Assembly (NCBI GenBank): GCA_965223705.1
Contig: OZ245015.1
Coordinates: forward strand, 1,920,001 to 1,984,000
Length of the DNA: 64,000 nt
Direction of reading: 5' to 3'
Source of the DNA: Myxococcota bacterium
Lineage (GTDB): Bacteria > Myxococcota_A > UBA9160 > UBA6930
Both the position numbers and the translations under genes were made by a program. Position 1 is the stretch's first letter. Each line of letters opens with the position of its first letter. Positions 19,077 through 29,727 of the stretch are shown here, piece after piece. The notes beneath the pieces are model-generated. The model saw only the letters and a program-made list of their open reading frames with translations, was not told the DNA's origin and did not search any database.

Positions 19077-21083
19077 GAAGAACGCAGCGGTCCGCCTTTC
19101 CGGTTGGTATCGCCCTTCGAACCGCAGGGCGATCAGCCGAAGGCCATCGATCGCTTGGCCGCTGGTCTCGAAGCCGGCCTGGCGCACCAGACGCTATTGG
19201 GCGTCACCGGGAGCGGTAAATCCTTTTCCATGGCGTGCGTCGTCGAGCGGCTGAACCGACCGGCGCTCGTCATGGCGCCGAACAAGACGCTCGCCGCCCA
19301 GCTGTATTCCGAATTCAAGGCGCTCTTCCCGGAAAACGCGGTCGAGTACTTCGTCTCCTACTACGACTACTACCAGCCCGAGGCCTATCTCCCGACGACC
19401 GACACGTACATCGAAAAAGACTCATCGATCAACGACGAGATCGACAAGCTCCGCCACTCCGCAACCCACTCGTTGCTGACGCGCCGAGACGCGCTCGTGG
19501 TCGCGAGCGTCTCGTGCATCTACGGACTCGGCGCTCCGGGGACGTACGGCTCCATGCACGCGTACGTCGAAACGGGGATGACCCTCTCGCGAGACGACCT
19601 CCTGCACCGGCTCGTCGACATGCTGTACGAACGCAACGACGTCGATTTCCATCGCGGCACGTTCCGGGTGCGGGGCGACGTCGTCGAGGTCTTCCCCCAG
19701 TACGAGAGCGAGCGGGCGATCCGGATCGAGTTCTTCGGGGATGAAGTCGAGAGCATCGCCGAGATCGATCCCTTGCGGGGGCGCGCGTTGACGCGACCGA
19801 AGCGCGCGATGATCTACCCCGCGAGCCACTACGTCGCGACCGACGAACGCCTGAAGAACGCCGTCGCGGGAATTCGGGAAGAGCTGCGGGAGCGCCTCGG
19901 CGAGCTGCGCTCGGAGAACAAGCTCCTCGAGGCCCAACGGCTCGAGCAGCGCACGATGTACGACCTCGAAATGCTCGAAGAAATGGGGTTTTGCCACGGG
20001 GTCGAGAACTATTCGCGCTGGCTCGACGGGCGCTCGCCGGGACAGGCGCCGTACACGCTGTACGACTACTTCCCGGACGACCTGATCGTGTTTCTCGACG
20101 AGAGCCACATGACCGTTCCGCAGATCGGCGGGATGTTCCGCGGTGATCGGGCCCGCAAGGAAACCCTCGTCGAATACGGTTTTCGGCTCCCCTCGGCTCT
20201 GGACAACCGTCCCCTGCGCTTCGAAGAGTGGGAGGAGCGGGTCGGGCAGGCGATCTACGTTTCGGCGACGCCTGCGGAGTTCGAGCTCAAGCTGTCGGGC
20301 GATGCGGTCGCCGAGCAAGTGATTCGACCGACCGGGTTGATGGACCCCGAAGTCGAGGTGCGCCCCGCCCAGGGGCAGGTCGACGATCTTCTCTCGGAAA
20401 TCCGCGCACGCGTGGAGAAGAAGGACCGCGTGTTGGTCACGACGCTGACCAAACGCATGGCCGAGGAGTTGACCGACTACTACGCGGACCACGACGTGCG
20501 GATCCGCTACTTGCACAGCGACATCAAGACCATTGAGCGGACAGAAATCATTCGAGAGCTCCGGGAAGGCGGATTCGACGTGCTCGTCGGGATCAATCTG
20601 TTGCGCGAAGGACTCGATATCCCCGAAGTCGCGCTGGTCGCGATCCTCGATGCCGACAAAGAGGGGTTCCTCCGTTCCACGCGCTCCTTGATCCAGACCA
20701 TCGGGCGGGCCGCGCGGAACGTCGAGGGCAAGGTCATTCTGTACGCCGACAAAGAGACGGATTCGATCCGGGCGACGCTCGAAGAAACCGAGCGTCGGCG
20801 AGAACGCCAGCGGCAATACAACGAGGAGCACGGCATCACGCCGCGTTCCGTGGCGAAACGCATCGATAGCCTGCGCGACTCGATCTGGGAAGCGGACTAC
20901 GTGACCGTCACGAAGGGCGACGAGCCCGAGGCTTCCGGGGTCCCGGCCCACGAGCTGCCGTCGCTGATCGAGGCCCTTCGCACGGAGATGGTTGCGGCCG
21001 CGAAAGAGCTCGAATTCGAGCATGCGGCGGAGCTTCGGGATCGAATCCAAGCGCTCGAAAGGGAGCGCTTGAAGCAGAGTTGA
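19053..21083 (+). CDS. uvrB: Excinuclease ABC subunit B
   Basis: [44 protein letters not shown]-terminal UVR coiled coil; start at the ATG in the second repeat copy. Confidence 0.97.
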   Translation: MSGVGHALEERSGPPFRLVSPFEPQGDQPKAIDRLAAGLEAGLAHQTLLGVTGSGKSFSMACVVERLNRPALVMAPNKTLAAQLYSEFKALFPENAVEYFVSYYDYYQPEAYLPTTDTYIEKDSSINDEIDKLRHSATHSLLTRRDALVVASVSCIYGLGAPGTYGSMHAYVETGMTLSRDDLLHRLVDMLYERNDVDFHRGTFRVRGDVVEVFPQYESERAIRIEFFGDEVESIAEIDPLRGRALTRPKRAMIYPASHYVATDERLKNAVAGIREELRERLGELRSENKLLEAQRLEQRTMYDLEMLEEMGFCHGVENYSRWLDGRSPGQAPYTLYDYFPDDLIVFLDESHMTVPQIGGMFRGDRARKETLVEYGFRLPSALDNRPLRFEEWEERVGQAIYVSATPAEFELKLSGDAVAEQVIRPTGLMDPEVEVRPAQGQVDDLLSEIRARVEKKDRVLVTTLTKRMAEELTDYYADHDVRIRYLHSDIKTIERTEIIRELREGGFDVLVGINLLREGLDIPEVALVAILDADKEGFLRSTRSLIQTIGRAARNVEGKVILYADKETDSIRATLEETERRRERQRQYNEEHGITPRSVAKRIDSLRDSIWEADYVTVTKGDEPEASGVPAHELPSLIEALRTEMVAAAKELEFEHAAELRDRIQALERERLKQS

Positions 21084-22996
21084 GCGGCGTGGATCTCGAG
21101 CAACGAGCGGCGGAGCTCCCCAAGGAGCCCGGTGTCTACCTGTTCAAGACGGCCCGCGGCAAAGTTCTCTACGTCGGCAAGGCTCAGAATCTGCGCTCTC
21201 GCGTGCGCTCCTACCTGTCTCCCGGCGGCGACGGCCGCTACCGCGTGCCGTACTTGGTCGAGCGTTCCGAGGACATCGACGTCCTCGTAACGGCCAACGT
21301 CAAGGACGCACTTCTTCTCGAAAACGAGCTCATCAAACAGCACAAGCCGACGTTCAACGTCCGGCTCCGCGACGACAAGCAGTACTTAGCGCTCCGCATC
21401 GATCCGAGTGATCCGTGGCCGCGTCTACTGCCCGTGCGGAAGTTCGCGCGGGACGGCGCACAGTACTTCGGGCCCTACACGTCGAGCCAGAGTATGCGCG
21501 ACGCGATCTCGAACTTGCGCAGGATCTTTCCGCTGCGCTCGTGCCGCGACGGCACGTTTCGAGACTACGAGCGCCGCGGACGTCCGTGTATCGAATACGA
21601 GATGAAACGCTGTTCAGGGCCGTGCTGCGGCCTCGTGACGCGCGAGGCCTACGCCGAGACCGTCGAAGGAACGATTCTCTTTCTCAAAGGCGAGTCGACG
21701 CGCCTCGTCGAAGAGCTCGAGTCGAAGATGCGGGCCGCCGCGGAGGCGGAGCGCTTTGAGGACGCGGCTCGGTTGCGGGATCGCATCACCGCGGTTGAAC
21801 GAACCGTCGAGCGACAACAGATCGTGAGTGAAAAGCCCATCGATCGCGACGTCTTCGGTTTGGCGCGACGCGGAGGAGAAGTCGCGGTCCAGGCCCTGCT
21901 GGTGCGCGAGGGGCGGGTGATCGGGACCGGCGAGTACGGCTTTTCGGACGTTCGCATCGACGATGCCGAAGTGATGGAGTCGTTTCTCGGCCAGTACTAC
22001 ACGACTCGCGGTGATACGTCCTGGCCGAGCGAGGTGTTGACCTCGACGGAAGTGCGCGACGGGGAAGCGCTGGTGGGCTTCCTCAGCGAGCGAAGTCCGA
22101 ACCGGGTCGCGTTGCGGAAACCGCAGCGGGGCAAGTTGCGAGAACTCGTCGACATGGCGGTGCGAAACGCCGAACTCGCTCTGACGACCCGTCTCGAGGC
22201 GCGAGACAGCGTGGTCCGATCGCTCGAGGAGCTGCAGCGCAAATTGCATCTCGACGACCTGCCGCGACACATCGAGTGCTACGACATCTCGAACTTGCAG
22301 GGCACGCTGCCCGTCGGGAGTCGCGTCGTGTTCATCGACGGCCGACCGGAAAAATCACTCTACCGCCGCTACCGGATCAAACAGGCGCAGGGCGGCGACG
22401 ATCTCGCGTGTCTCCGGGAAGTGTTCGAGCGCCGCCTCGCGAAAGTCGATCGAGATCCCTTGCCCGATCTGTTGGTCGTCGATGGCGGTCGCGGGCAGGT
22501 CGCGGTGACGACGGCGGCCCTCGCTGACGCTGGGTTGTCCGTCGACCACGTGGGCATCGCGAAAGAGAAAGACGAGGAGAGCCCGTCTCCTCGGGTCAAA
22601 CGCTCCGGTGGGCTGAAAGCCGATCGAATCTTTCTCGCGGGTCGAACGAACCCCGTGATGTTGTTACCGAACTCGCGCGGCTTGTTGCTGTTGCAGCGCG
22701 TGCGCGACGAAGCGCATCGCTTTGCGATCGAATACCAACGCGAGCTGCGCAGGCGACTCAACCTGACTTCGATTCTCGAGGAGCTCCCCGGGATCGGACC
22801 CCGCAAGCGCCGCGCTTTGCTGCGACACTTCGGGTCGCTCCGACGCGTTCGCGAAGCGACGGTCGATGAACTGGGCTTGGTCGAAGGCATTCACGCAGCC
22901 GATGCCGAAGCCATCTCGGCGTTCTTCCGCGCCGTCACGTCGGACACGGCGACGGACGACGCCGGGGAAGATGCCGGCGAGGCGCCCTCGGGTTAG
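21080..22996 (+). CDS. uvrC: Excinuclease ABC subunit C
   Basis: PGVYLF..YVGKA GIY-YIG, Cys cluster, [22 protein letters not shown], HhH. Confidence 0.96.
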   Translation: MSGVDLEQRAAELPKEPGVYLFKTARGKVLYVGKAQNLRSRVRSYLSPGGDGRYRVPYLVERSEDIDVLVTANVKDALLLENELIKQHKPTFNVRLRDDKQYLALRIDPSDPWPRLLPVRKFARDGAQYFGPYTSSQSMRDAISNLRRIFPLRSCRDGTFRDYERRGRPCIEYEMKRCSGPCCGLVTREAYAETVEGTILFLKGESTRLVEELESKMRAAAEAERFEDAARLRDRITAVERTVERQQIVSEKPIDRDVFGLARRGGEVAVQALLVREGRVIGTGEYGFSDVRIDDAEVMESFLGQYYTTRGDTSWPSEVLTSTEVRDGEALVGFLSERSPNRVALRKPQRGKLRELVDMAVRNAELALTTRLEARDSVVRSLEELQRKLHLDDLPRHIECYDISNLQGTLPVGSRVVFIDGRPEKSLYRRYRIKQAQGGDDLACLREVFERRLAKVDRDPLPDLLVVDGGRGQVAVTTAALADAGLSVDHVGIAKEKDEESPSPRVKRSGGLKADRIFLAGRTNPVMLLPNSRGLLLLQRVRDEAHRFAIEYQRELRRRLNLTSILEELPGIGPRKRRALLRHFGSLRRVREATVDELGLVEGIHAADAEAISAFFRAVTSDTATDDAGEDAGEAPSG

Positions 22997-23028
22997 TCTC
23001 CGGACGACGCGGTCCCGCCGAGTGCCCC

Positions 23029-25326
23029 GTGCCGCTCCGCCTCGCTTTGTGCTTCGCAGCGGGCATTGTCTTGGCCGACGCCTTCTCGTGGGATGCCGGT
23101 CCCCTGACACGCGTGTTCCTGCTCGGCTGTGCGTGTGCCGTGCTGCGCCCCCGCCCTCTCTTGCGAGATCTTTGCGTCGCCCTCGCCGGCGCCGTGTCTC
23201 TGGCAGCTTCGCTCGAAGCGGCGCGCGGGAGCGAGCCGCCCGAGACGACGGTCCTCGCCGAAGGACGCGTGGAGGCCGTCTACCGTTTTGGCGACCGAAC
23301 GGGATGGCGCGTGTGCGAACTCGCGCTGGCGGAGCTTGCCCCTTTCTCGCCCCCTCGGTGCGCTCGCGTCTGGACCGTCCGCTCGTCGCAGATCCTGCCG
23401 GGCGACCGCGTGCGATTCGCGGCGAAGTTTCGCCGACCCGCAGGTGCGCGGAACCCGGGGGACGTCGACCGCCGAAGGGTCCTCGCGAGGCGCGGGGTCG
23501 GGTGGGAAGGGAGCGTGCGCAACGGGTCGGTCGTCGTGCGGCTGGAGCCGCCGCCTAGGCTTCGCGCGCTTCGTGCGTTTCGCGCGCGTATCGCCGACGA
23601 GCTCGGTCGGCGCGGCCCCGGCGGTGCTCTCCTCGCGGGTCTTGCCCTCGGCCACCGCGATCACCTGCCCGCGAGCTTGCGCGGTTCTTTCGCATCACTG
23701 GGCGTCGCACATCTGCTCGCTGTGTCGGGGCTCCACGTCGGTCTCGTCGCGGGCGGAGCTTTCCTCGGCGCGCGCGCCGGATTGCTGCGCGCGACCTTCT
23801 TCGCGAGCCGGATCGATCCGAGGCCCGTCGCGTGGCTCGCCGCAGGCATCGCCGCGCTGCTCTACGCGTGGCTTTCGGGGCAAGCGGTTTCGGCACAGCG
23901 TGCCTTCCTGTTTTTCTCGCTCGGCGGGATTGCGACCGCCCTCGGTCGCCGACCCTCGCTGCCCGGAATGTTCGGCGCGACGGCATTGCTGCTTCTCGCA
24001 GGGAGACCGGGACTGTTGTTTTCGGCGGGTTTTCAGTTGTCGTTCGCCGCGGTCGCGGCGCTGTGTTTCAGTCGCCATCCCGATCTCGGCGGTCCGGAGG
24101 GAAGGTTGCGTCGCGGGTTCCGCGGCGTCGTGGCGGCCAGCGCTGCAGCCGCCATCGCTACGCTCCCGCTCACCGCGTGGCACTTTCAATCGATTCCTCT
24201 CGTCGGCGTACCCGCGAACGTGCTCGCCGTACCGTGGTTTGCGGCGTTCGTCCTCCCGGCGGCGCTTTGCGCGGTTCCTCTAGCGGCTTTGCCGGCCGCA
24301 GGGGCCGAGGTCGCCTTGGCACCCCTCGTGTGGCTCGCCGAAGCGACGGCCAATGCCGTGGAAGCCTGTGCTTTCTACGTACCCGCTGGGTCGCGAGCTC
24401 CCGTCTCGGCCTTCGCCTGCATCGCGTTTGCCCTCGGCGGTGCCGTGGCTCTCGCTCGGCGCCAGAGTCTTCGAGGGCGGGTCGCTGCCGCGATTGCGGC
24501 CAGCCTGTGTCTCGCGGCGGCGCAGCATTGCGCGCCGACCGTCACCCGACCGGAAGCGTGGTTCTTCGCGGTGGGGCACGGCGACGCCGCTCTCATACGA
24601 GATCGGAGGGCGGCGATCGTGATCGACGCCGGCGGCTCGGTTGGCGACGGTTTTCGGCGCGGCGCGGTGGCACGGACGCTCGATCACCTGCACGCCACAG
24701 ACGTGGCGCTCCTCGTCGTTTCGCACGCCGACCTCGATCATCGGAGTGGCGTACCCGAGATCATCGAGACACGACGGGTACACGAGCTCTGGCTTCCGCC
24801 GGGCGGCTTGTCGGCCCCGCAGTTTCAACCCGTCGTTGACCGAGCGCGTGAGCGGGGCACGAGGATCCGCGAACGCGGAGCCGGTGATCCGGCGAAGACG
24901 ATGGGCTCACTCCGCGTGACGCCGCTCTGGCCGCCGCACGCTCTCGATCCGCGGCGCGCGAGTGAGAACAATCGCTCGCTCGTCGTGCGCATCGACTCGC
25001 CCGGTCGCGCGGTGTTGTTTGCGGGAGATCTCGAGCGGGAAGGCGAGATCGCTCTCGTCGCGGCCGCGAGTGAGGCGCGGGAGCTACGCGCCGACATCCT
25101 GAAAGTCGGGCACCACGGCAGCGCGACGTCTTCCCACCCGGCGTTTCTGCGCGCTGTGAAGCCCTCCGACGCGGTGATCTCCGCCGCGTGGCCACCGCGT
25201 TTCGAACTCCCCGCGTCCGAAGTGTTGGACCGGCTCGAAGAAATCGGCGCCCGCATCCACACGACCGGCCGCCGTGCCGTCCGACTCGACCTCGCGACAA
25301 GCGACGCGCGAGCGCGACGCGATTAG
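23029..25326 (+). CDS. comEC: ComEC/Rec2 DNA uptake protein with metallo-beta-lactamase domain
   Basis: GVAHLLAVSGLHVG, GFQLSFAAV, VGHGDA, SHADLDH, NNRSLV, KVGHHGS. Confidence 0.9.
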   Translation: MPLRLALCFAAGIVLADAFSWDAGPLTRVFLLGCACAVLRPRPLLRDLCVALAGAVSLAASLEAARGSEPPETTVLAEGRVEAVYRFGDRTGWRVCELALAELAPFSPPRCARVWTVRSSQILPGDRVRFAAKFRRPAGARNPGDVDRRRVLARRGVGWEGSVRNGSVVVRLEPPPRLRALRAFRARIADELGRRGPGGALLAGLALGHRDHLPASLRGSFASLGVAHLLAVSGLHVGLVAGGAFLGARAGLLRATFFASRIDPRPVAWLAAGIAALLYAWLSGQAVSAQRAFLFFSLGGIATALGRRPSLPGMFGATALLLLAGRPGLLFSAGFQLSFAAVAALCFSRHPDLGGPEGRLRRGFRGVVAASAAAAIATLPLTAWHFQSIPLVGVPANVLAVPWFAAFVLPAALCAVPLAALPAAGAEVALAPLVWLAEATANAVEACAFYVPAGSRAPVSAFACIAFALGGAVALARRQSLRGRVAAAIAASLCLAAAQHCAPTVTRPEAWFFAVGHGDAALIRDRRAAIVIDAGGSVGDGFRRGAVARTLDHLHATDVALLVVSHADLDHRSGVPEIIETRRVHELWLPPGGLSAPQFQPVVDRARERGTRIRERGAGDPAKTMGSLRVTPLWPPHALDPRRASENNRSLVVRIDSPGRAVLFAGDLEREGEIALVAAASEARELRADILKVGHHGSATSSHPAFLRAVKPSDAVISAAWPPRFELPASEVLDRLEEIGARIHTTGRRAVRLDLATSDARARRD

Positions 25327-25484
25327 CTGGGCGCCGCGAGGCCGCGGGAAGCGGGGGTACCGCGCGCAGTTCCGCACCGCCGCTTGCGCGCGTGAATGAT
25401 CTCGTCAGCCCGCGGCGCGAGGATGTTTGAGCACGGTGCGCCCACTTCCCACGGCCCTGCCTCGGTCGACCGTTCGACGCGCCC
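25308..25484 (+). repeat. Intergenic hairpin element, copy A (REP/MITE-like)
   Basis: Inverted homologue of 32543-32722; 31-nt identical core at 25407-25437; 26-bp imperfect inverted arms at 25340-25365 and 25431-25456. Confidence 0.85.
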
Positions 25485-27146
25485 CTAGCGCGTCAGCCAT
25501 TCAAACTTCTGCGGCTTTCGCTTCGCGTGGGGATCGATCATCACGTTGACCAAGTTCGGAAGCGGGTCGCGGACGGCTTCTTTCAGCGCCGTTCCGAACT
25601 CGTCCGGAGTCGTCGCGAAGTAGCCCTTGCCGCCGAACCCCTCGATGATGCGTTCGTAGTGTGCCGCGATGGTGTACTGCGCTGGGTTGGGCGCCGCAGG
25701 GTCGAGGTCGTCAAAGCCTCCGCCGATTCCGTTGTTGTTGACGACGACGAACGTGATCGGCAGCTGGTAGCGGCACGCCACCTCGACTTCCATGCCGCTG
25801 AAGCCGAACGCGGAATCCCCCTGCACGCAGATGGTCTTGCGCGTGGGTTCTGCCGCAGCGGCTGCGATCGCAAAGCCGGTACCCACACCCATCGTTCCGA
25901 ACGACCCGGCGTCGAGACGTCGCCGCGGCTCGTCGTGCATCAGGACGCTTCGGCTGATATCCATCGTGTTCGCGCCCTCACAGACCAGCATGTGGTCGGG
26001 AGGGAGTTGATCGCGGATCTCGCGAAGGACGCGGTAGTACCCCATCGGCACGCCGTCGTCTTCGCACATCGCAGCGACCGCCTGCTCGTTTTCGTCGGCC
26101 TTCGCGCGCAGGGCCTGTCGCCATGGAGACTTCTCGTCGAAGCGCCACGGGTTCTTTTCGAGGGCTTGGTTGAGCTGGTCGACCACCGCCCCGGCATCGC
26201 CCACGAGCCCGACTTCGCAAGGTACGTTGGTGCCGATCTCCTCCGGCTCGATATCGATCTGCACGACGCGCACGGTTTCCGAGAAACGCGGCGGCAGCCC
26301 GAAATGAAGGATCCAGTTGAGTCGCGCACCGATCAGCAGGACGAGATCCGCCTGACCGAGGGCGTCCGAGCGGGCCGAGGCGGCCGACAGCGGGTGGCTG
26401 TCGGGGACGACGCCTTTCCCCATCGGCGTCGGGAGGAACGGAAGCTGCGTCGTCTCGATGAACCGGCGAACCTCGTTTTCCGCGCGCGCATAGGCGGCGC
26501 CCTTACCGACGATCACGAGCGGCCGCTCGGCGCTTCGCAGAGCCGCAAGCGCTCGATCGATCGCATTCGGGTCCGCGAGGCTGCGGGGCGGTTCGGGACA
26601 GCAGGGCGGCAGCGCGACCTCGGCTTCGTTCAATTCGCCTGTGATGATGTCATTCGGCAAGTCGAGATAGGCAGCGCCCGGGGCTCCGTAAATCGACGTG
26701 CGAACCGCCTGCTCGACGTAGTACGGCACCCGCTCGAGACTGTCGGGTCGCGCGGCGTACTTGACGAAGGGCCGGGCCGCTTCGATTTGCGGCGCTTCTT
26801 GGAAGGCGCCCCCGCCGTTCTGATAGGAATCGTTCGCTCCGCCGAGCAGCAGCATCGGCCACCGGTTCGACCAGGCGTTCGAGAGCCCGGCGATGGCGTG
26901 GATCATGCCGGGGCCGGAGACCGCGAGGCAGGCGCCCGGTCGTCCCGTCAGATAGCCGACGGCGCCGGCGGCGTAACTCGCGGCCTGCTCATTGCGGAAG
27001 CCGTAGTAGGAGATCCCTTCTTTTTGAGCCGCGCTCGCGATGGGGACCACGGGAAAACCGACAACGCCGAACATCGTGTCGATGCCTTGGGATTTCAGGG
27101 AGCGCGCGATCAGTCGGGCGCCGTCGATGGTTTTCTGCTCAGCCAT
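25485..27146 (-). CDS. TPP-dependent 2-hydroxyacyl-CoA lyase / oxalyl-CoA decarboxylase family
   Basis: FGVVGFPV, RNEQAASYAA, GGAFQE, RLDAGSFGTMGVG, GDSAFGFSGME..NNNG TPP motif; C-terminus RKPQKFEWLTR. Confidence 0.88.
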   Translation of the reverse strand: MAEQKTIDGARLIARSLKSQGIDTMFGVVGFPVVPIASAAQKEGISYYGFRNEQAASYAAGAVGYLTGRPGACLAVSGPGMIHAIAGLSNAWSNRWPMLLLGGANDSYQNGGGAFQEAPQIEAARPFVKYAARPDSLERVPYYVEQAVRTSIYGAPGAAYLDLPNDIITGELNEAEVALPPCCPEPPRSLADPNAIDRALAALRSAERPLVIVGKGAAYARAENEVRRFIETTQLPFLPTPMGKGVVPDSHPLSAASARSDALGQADLVLLIGARLNWILHFGLPPRFSETVRVVQIDIEPEEIGTNVPCEVGLVGDAGAVVDQLNQALEKNPWRFDEKSPWRQALRAKADENEQAVAAMCEDDGVPMGYYRVLREIRDQLPPDHMLVCEGANTMDISRSVLMHDEPRRRLDAGSFGTMGVGTGFAIAAAAAEPTRKTICVQGDSAFGFSGMEVEVACRYQLPITFVVVNNNGIGGGFDDLDPAAPNPAQYTIAAHYERIIEGFGGKGYFATTPDEFGTALKEAVRDPLPNLVNVMIDPHAKRKPQKFEWLTR

Positions 27147-27197
27147 GGTCTCCTCCGGGTTTCATGCGATGATACGCGAACCTCGTAGGAGAGAGCG

Positions 27198-27878
27198 ATG
27201 ATTAAGGTCGTAGCGAGCTTCAAACGCAAAGCCGGTTCCTCGGTCGAGGATTTTCAGCGCTACTGGCACGACGTCCACGGCCCACTCGCAGCGGAGCTTC
27301 CGGGCCTTCGGCGCTACGTGCAGTGCCACACCCTGCACGGTGGCTACCGGAAGGGGGAGCCGGTGTACGACGGCGTCGCGGAGGTGTGGTTCGATGACAC
27401 CGAGGCCTTACGGAAGCTCGCGGGTCATCCGGCGTTCAAAGCGGTTCAAGAGGATGAGCCGCGCTTTATGGACGTCGCCACCATGGCTCAGATCGTCACC
27501 GACGATCATCTCGTGAAAGACGGCCCGATCCCCGAAGAGGGGGTCAAGAATATCGAGTTCGTCTCTCGTCGTCCCGACCTCGACGTCCCCGCGTTCCAGA
27601 AACACTGGCGCGAGATTCACGGTCCCCTCGGCGCGTCGATTCCGCAGGTGAAACGCTATGTGCAGAGCCACACCCGGGCATCGGCCTACACGTCGGGCAA
27701 AACGCCGCGTTGGGACGGGGTCGCGCTCACGTGGTTCGAAGACACGAAGGCGATGCGCGCTTCGGCGGAAACCGCGGAATACGAAACCACTCGGCGAGAC
27801 GAACCGAACTTCGTCGCTGCCGAGCTGCCGTTTCTCATCACGCGCGAACGCGTGATCGTCGACGGCCCAGCCTTCTAG
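27198..27878 (+). CDS. EthD-family protein, two tandem domains
   Basis: Duplicated F..YW...HGPL....PG.RRYVQ.H...DGVA..WF.D...DEP.F motif. Confidence 0.88.
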   Translation: MIKVVASFKRKAGSSVEDFQRYWHDVHGPLAAELPGLRRYVQCHTLHGGYRKGEPVYDGVAEVWFDDTEALRKLAGHPAFKAVQEDEPRFMDVATMAQIVTDDHLVKDGPIPEEGVKNIEFVSRRPDLDVPAFQKHWREIHGPLGASIPQVKRYVQSHTRASAYTSGKTPRWDGVALTWFEDTKAMRASAETAEYETTRRDEPNFVAAELPFLITRERVIVDGPAF

Positions 27879-28486
27879 CGGCGCAGCGGCTTTCCGTTCC
27901 GGTAGCAGATCAGGGGAGGCGTGCGCCGCGCGCCGGCGATGTACTTATCCACCTCGGAGAGCACGATTTCCGTCACGTCGACGATGGGAAGTCTCCGCGC
28001 CGCCTCGAGCGTTTCCCAACGGAGATCGAGAAGCTCGCCGTTGCTGCGAACGGAGCCTGCAAACGCGTCGCGGTCGGCGACGAAGAAGCGTGCGTGGAAG
28101 CGCGTCGGTTGGTGCGCCGGCGTGATCGCCCGCGCGAGGTAGGTCAGCTTAGAGAGGTCGGGGCGGAGTTCGCCGTCGACGAGCTTTCCGAGGCGGAGCC
28201 CGGTCTCCTCGTGCGTCTCCCGGATCGCCGCCGCTCCGACGGCTCGAGGCGACGGCGTTCTTGAGGCGCCCGCGAGGGCCTTGCGCGTACTCGCTCGCAG
28301 GGAACTCACGAGGGGGCGCGTAGCGTCGTCTCTCTGGACGCCACCGCCCGGAAACACGTAGACGTCGGGCATGAAGCGGTTCTTCGGCGCGCGGCGCCCA
28401 AGGAGGATCTCGGCGCGCCCCCGGACGCGGCGCACCACGACGAGGCTCGCGGCGTGCCTGGGACGGGCGGGTTGGCTGTTCGGCAT
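27875..28486 (-). CDS. Nudix hydrolase
   Basis: PRHAASLVV, FMPDVYVFPGG, AAIRETHEETGL, ITP..PTRFHARFF. Confidence 0.85.
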   Translation of the reverse strand: MPNSQPARPRHAASLVVVRRVRGRAEILLGRRAPKNRFMPDVYVFPGGGVQRDDATRPLVSSLRASTRKALAGASRTPSPRAVGAAAIRETHEETGLRLGKLVDGELRPDLSKLTYLARAITPAHQPTRFHARFFVADRDAFAGSVRSNGELLDLRWETLEAARRLPIVDVTEIVLSEVDKYIAGARRTPPLICYRNGKPLRR

Positions 28487-28578
28487 GGCACCGGGTGGTT
28501 ACCAGAGCCGTGCGCCGCTCGCCTGCCGGGGTACCCGTGGCCTGCTACGGTCGCTTCGCAATCCATTGCGAGGCACCG

Positions 28579-29727
28579 ATGTACGACTTCCAGTTCGACA
28601 CTTGCGAACTGCCGCCTGAGGCCGCCCAGCTGCGGGCCGAAGTGCGCGAGTTTCTGGACAAGACACTGCGCGACTATCCGCTTTCAAAACGGGCCTTTAC
28701 GTGGCAAGGTTTCGATCCCGACTTCAGCCTGAAGCTCGCCGAGCAGGGCTGGATCGGGATGACCTGGCCGAAGGCCTACGGCGGGCACGAGCGGAGTGCG
28801 CTCGAGCGGTACGTCGTGCTCGAGGAAATGCTCGCGGCCGGTGCTCCAGTCGCCGCGCACTGGATCGGCGACCGTCAGAGCGGTCCGCTTCTTCTGCGCT
28901 ACGGCACGGAGGAACAGCGCCAGGCCTTCGTGCCGCCGATCGCGCGGGGCGAGGCGTATTACTGCATCGGCATGAGCGAGCCCGACTCGGGCTCGGACCT
29001 GGCATCCATGCGCACGCGGGCCGAGCGGGTGGACGGCGGCTGGATCGTCAACGGGTCGAAGCTCTGGACGACCCACGCGCATCGCTGCAACCGCATGGTG
29101 TGCCTGATCCGCACGAACCCGGACCCCGACAGCAAGCACGCGGGCTTGTCGCAATTCCTGATCGACATGGATTTCGATGGCATCGATGCGCGGCCGATTC
29201 GCGATCTCTCGGGCCACGAGCATTTCAACGAAGTGGTCTTCAAGGACGTCTACGTTCCCCACGACCGACTCGTCGGTGAAGAAGGGCAGGGTTGGCAGCA
29301 GGTGATGGCGGAACTCGCGTTCGAACGAAGCGGGCCCGAGCGCTACCTGAGCAGCTTCCATCTCCTGCAGGAGCTGATTCGCGAACTCGGGCCGAACGAC
29401 ACGTCGGCGGGCCGGCGGTTGGTGGGCCGCGCGATGGCGCACCTGGCCACGCTGCGGCAAATGTCGCTCTCGGTCGCGGGCATGCTGAACGAAGGGAAGG
29501 CGCCGGCGCTCGAAGCTTCGGTCGTGAAGGATGTCGGCACCGGGTTCGAGCAGGACCTCCCCGAATGGGTCCACGAACTCTTGGGGCTCGAGCCCGATCT
29601 CGAAGGTGACAGCGACCTCATCCAGGTGCTGGCCTACTTGACGCAGGTCGCGCCGTCGTTCTCGTTGCGAGGCGGTACCCGCGAAATTCTGCGCGGCATC
29701 ATCGCCCGCGGGTTGGGTCTCCGATGA
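28579..29727 (+). CDS. Acyl-CoA dehydrogenase
   Basis: CIGMSEPDSGSDLAS, NGSKLWTT, HFNEVVF, ERSGPER, SLRGGTREILRGIIAR; start at MYDFQF. Confidence 0.92.
   Translation: MYDFQFDTCELPPEAAQLRAEVREFLDKTLRDYPLSKRAFTWQGFDPDFSLKLAEQGWIGMTWPKAYGGHERSALERYVVLEEMLAAGAPVAAHWIGDRQSGPLLLRYGTEEQRQAFVPPIARGEAYYCIGMSEPDSGSDLASMRTRAERVDGGWIVNGSKLWTTHAHRCNRMVCLIRTNPDPDSKHAGLSQFLIDMDFDGIDARPIRDLSGHEHFNEVVFKDVYVPHDRLVGEEGQGWQQVMAELAFERSGPERYLSSFHLLQELIRELGPNDTSAGRRLVGRAMAHLATLRQMSLSVAGMLNEGKAPALEASVVKDVGTGFEQDLPEWVHELLGLEPDLEGDSDLIQVLAYLTQVAPSFSLRGGTREILRGIIARGLGLR

Noticed and set aside
19422..21050. Long antisense ORFs (also 25527-27188, 14792-16285, 30722-32098, 44106-45470, 49181-50848, 54953-56617)
   Set aside because: They mirror well-supported genes on the opposite strand, as expected from high-GC codon bias, and show no motifs.
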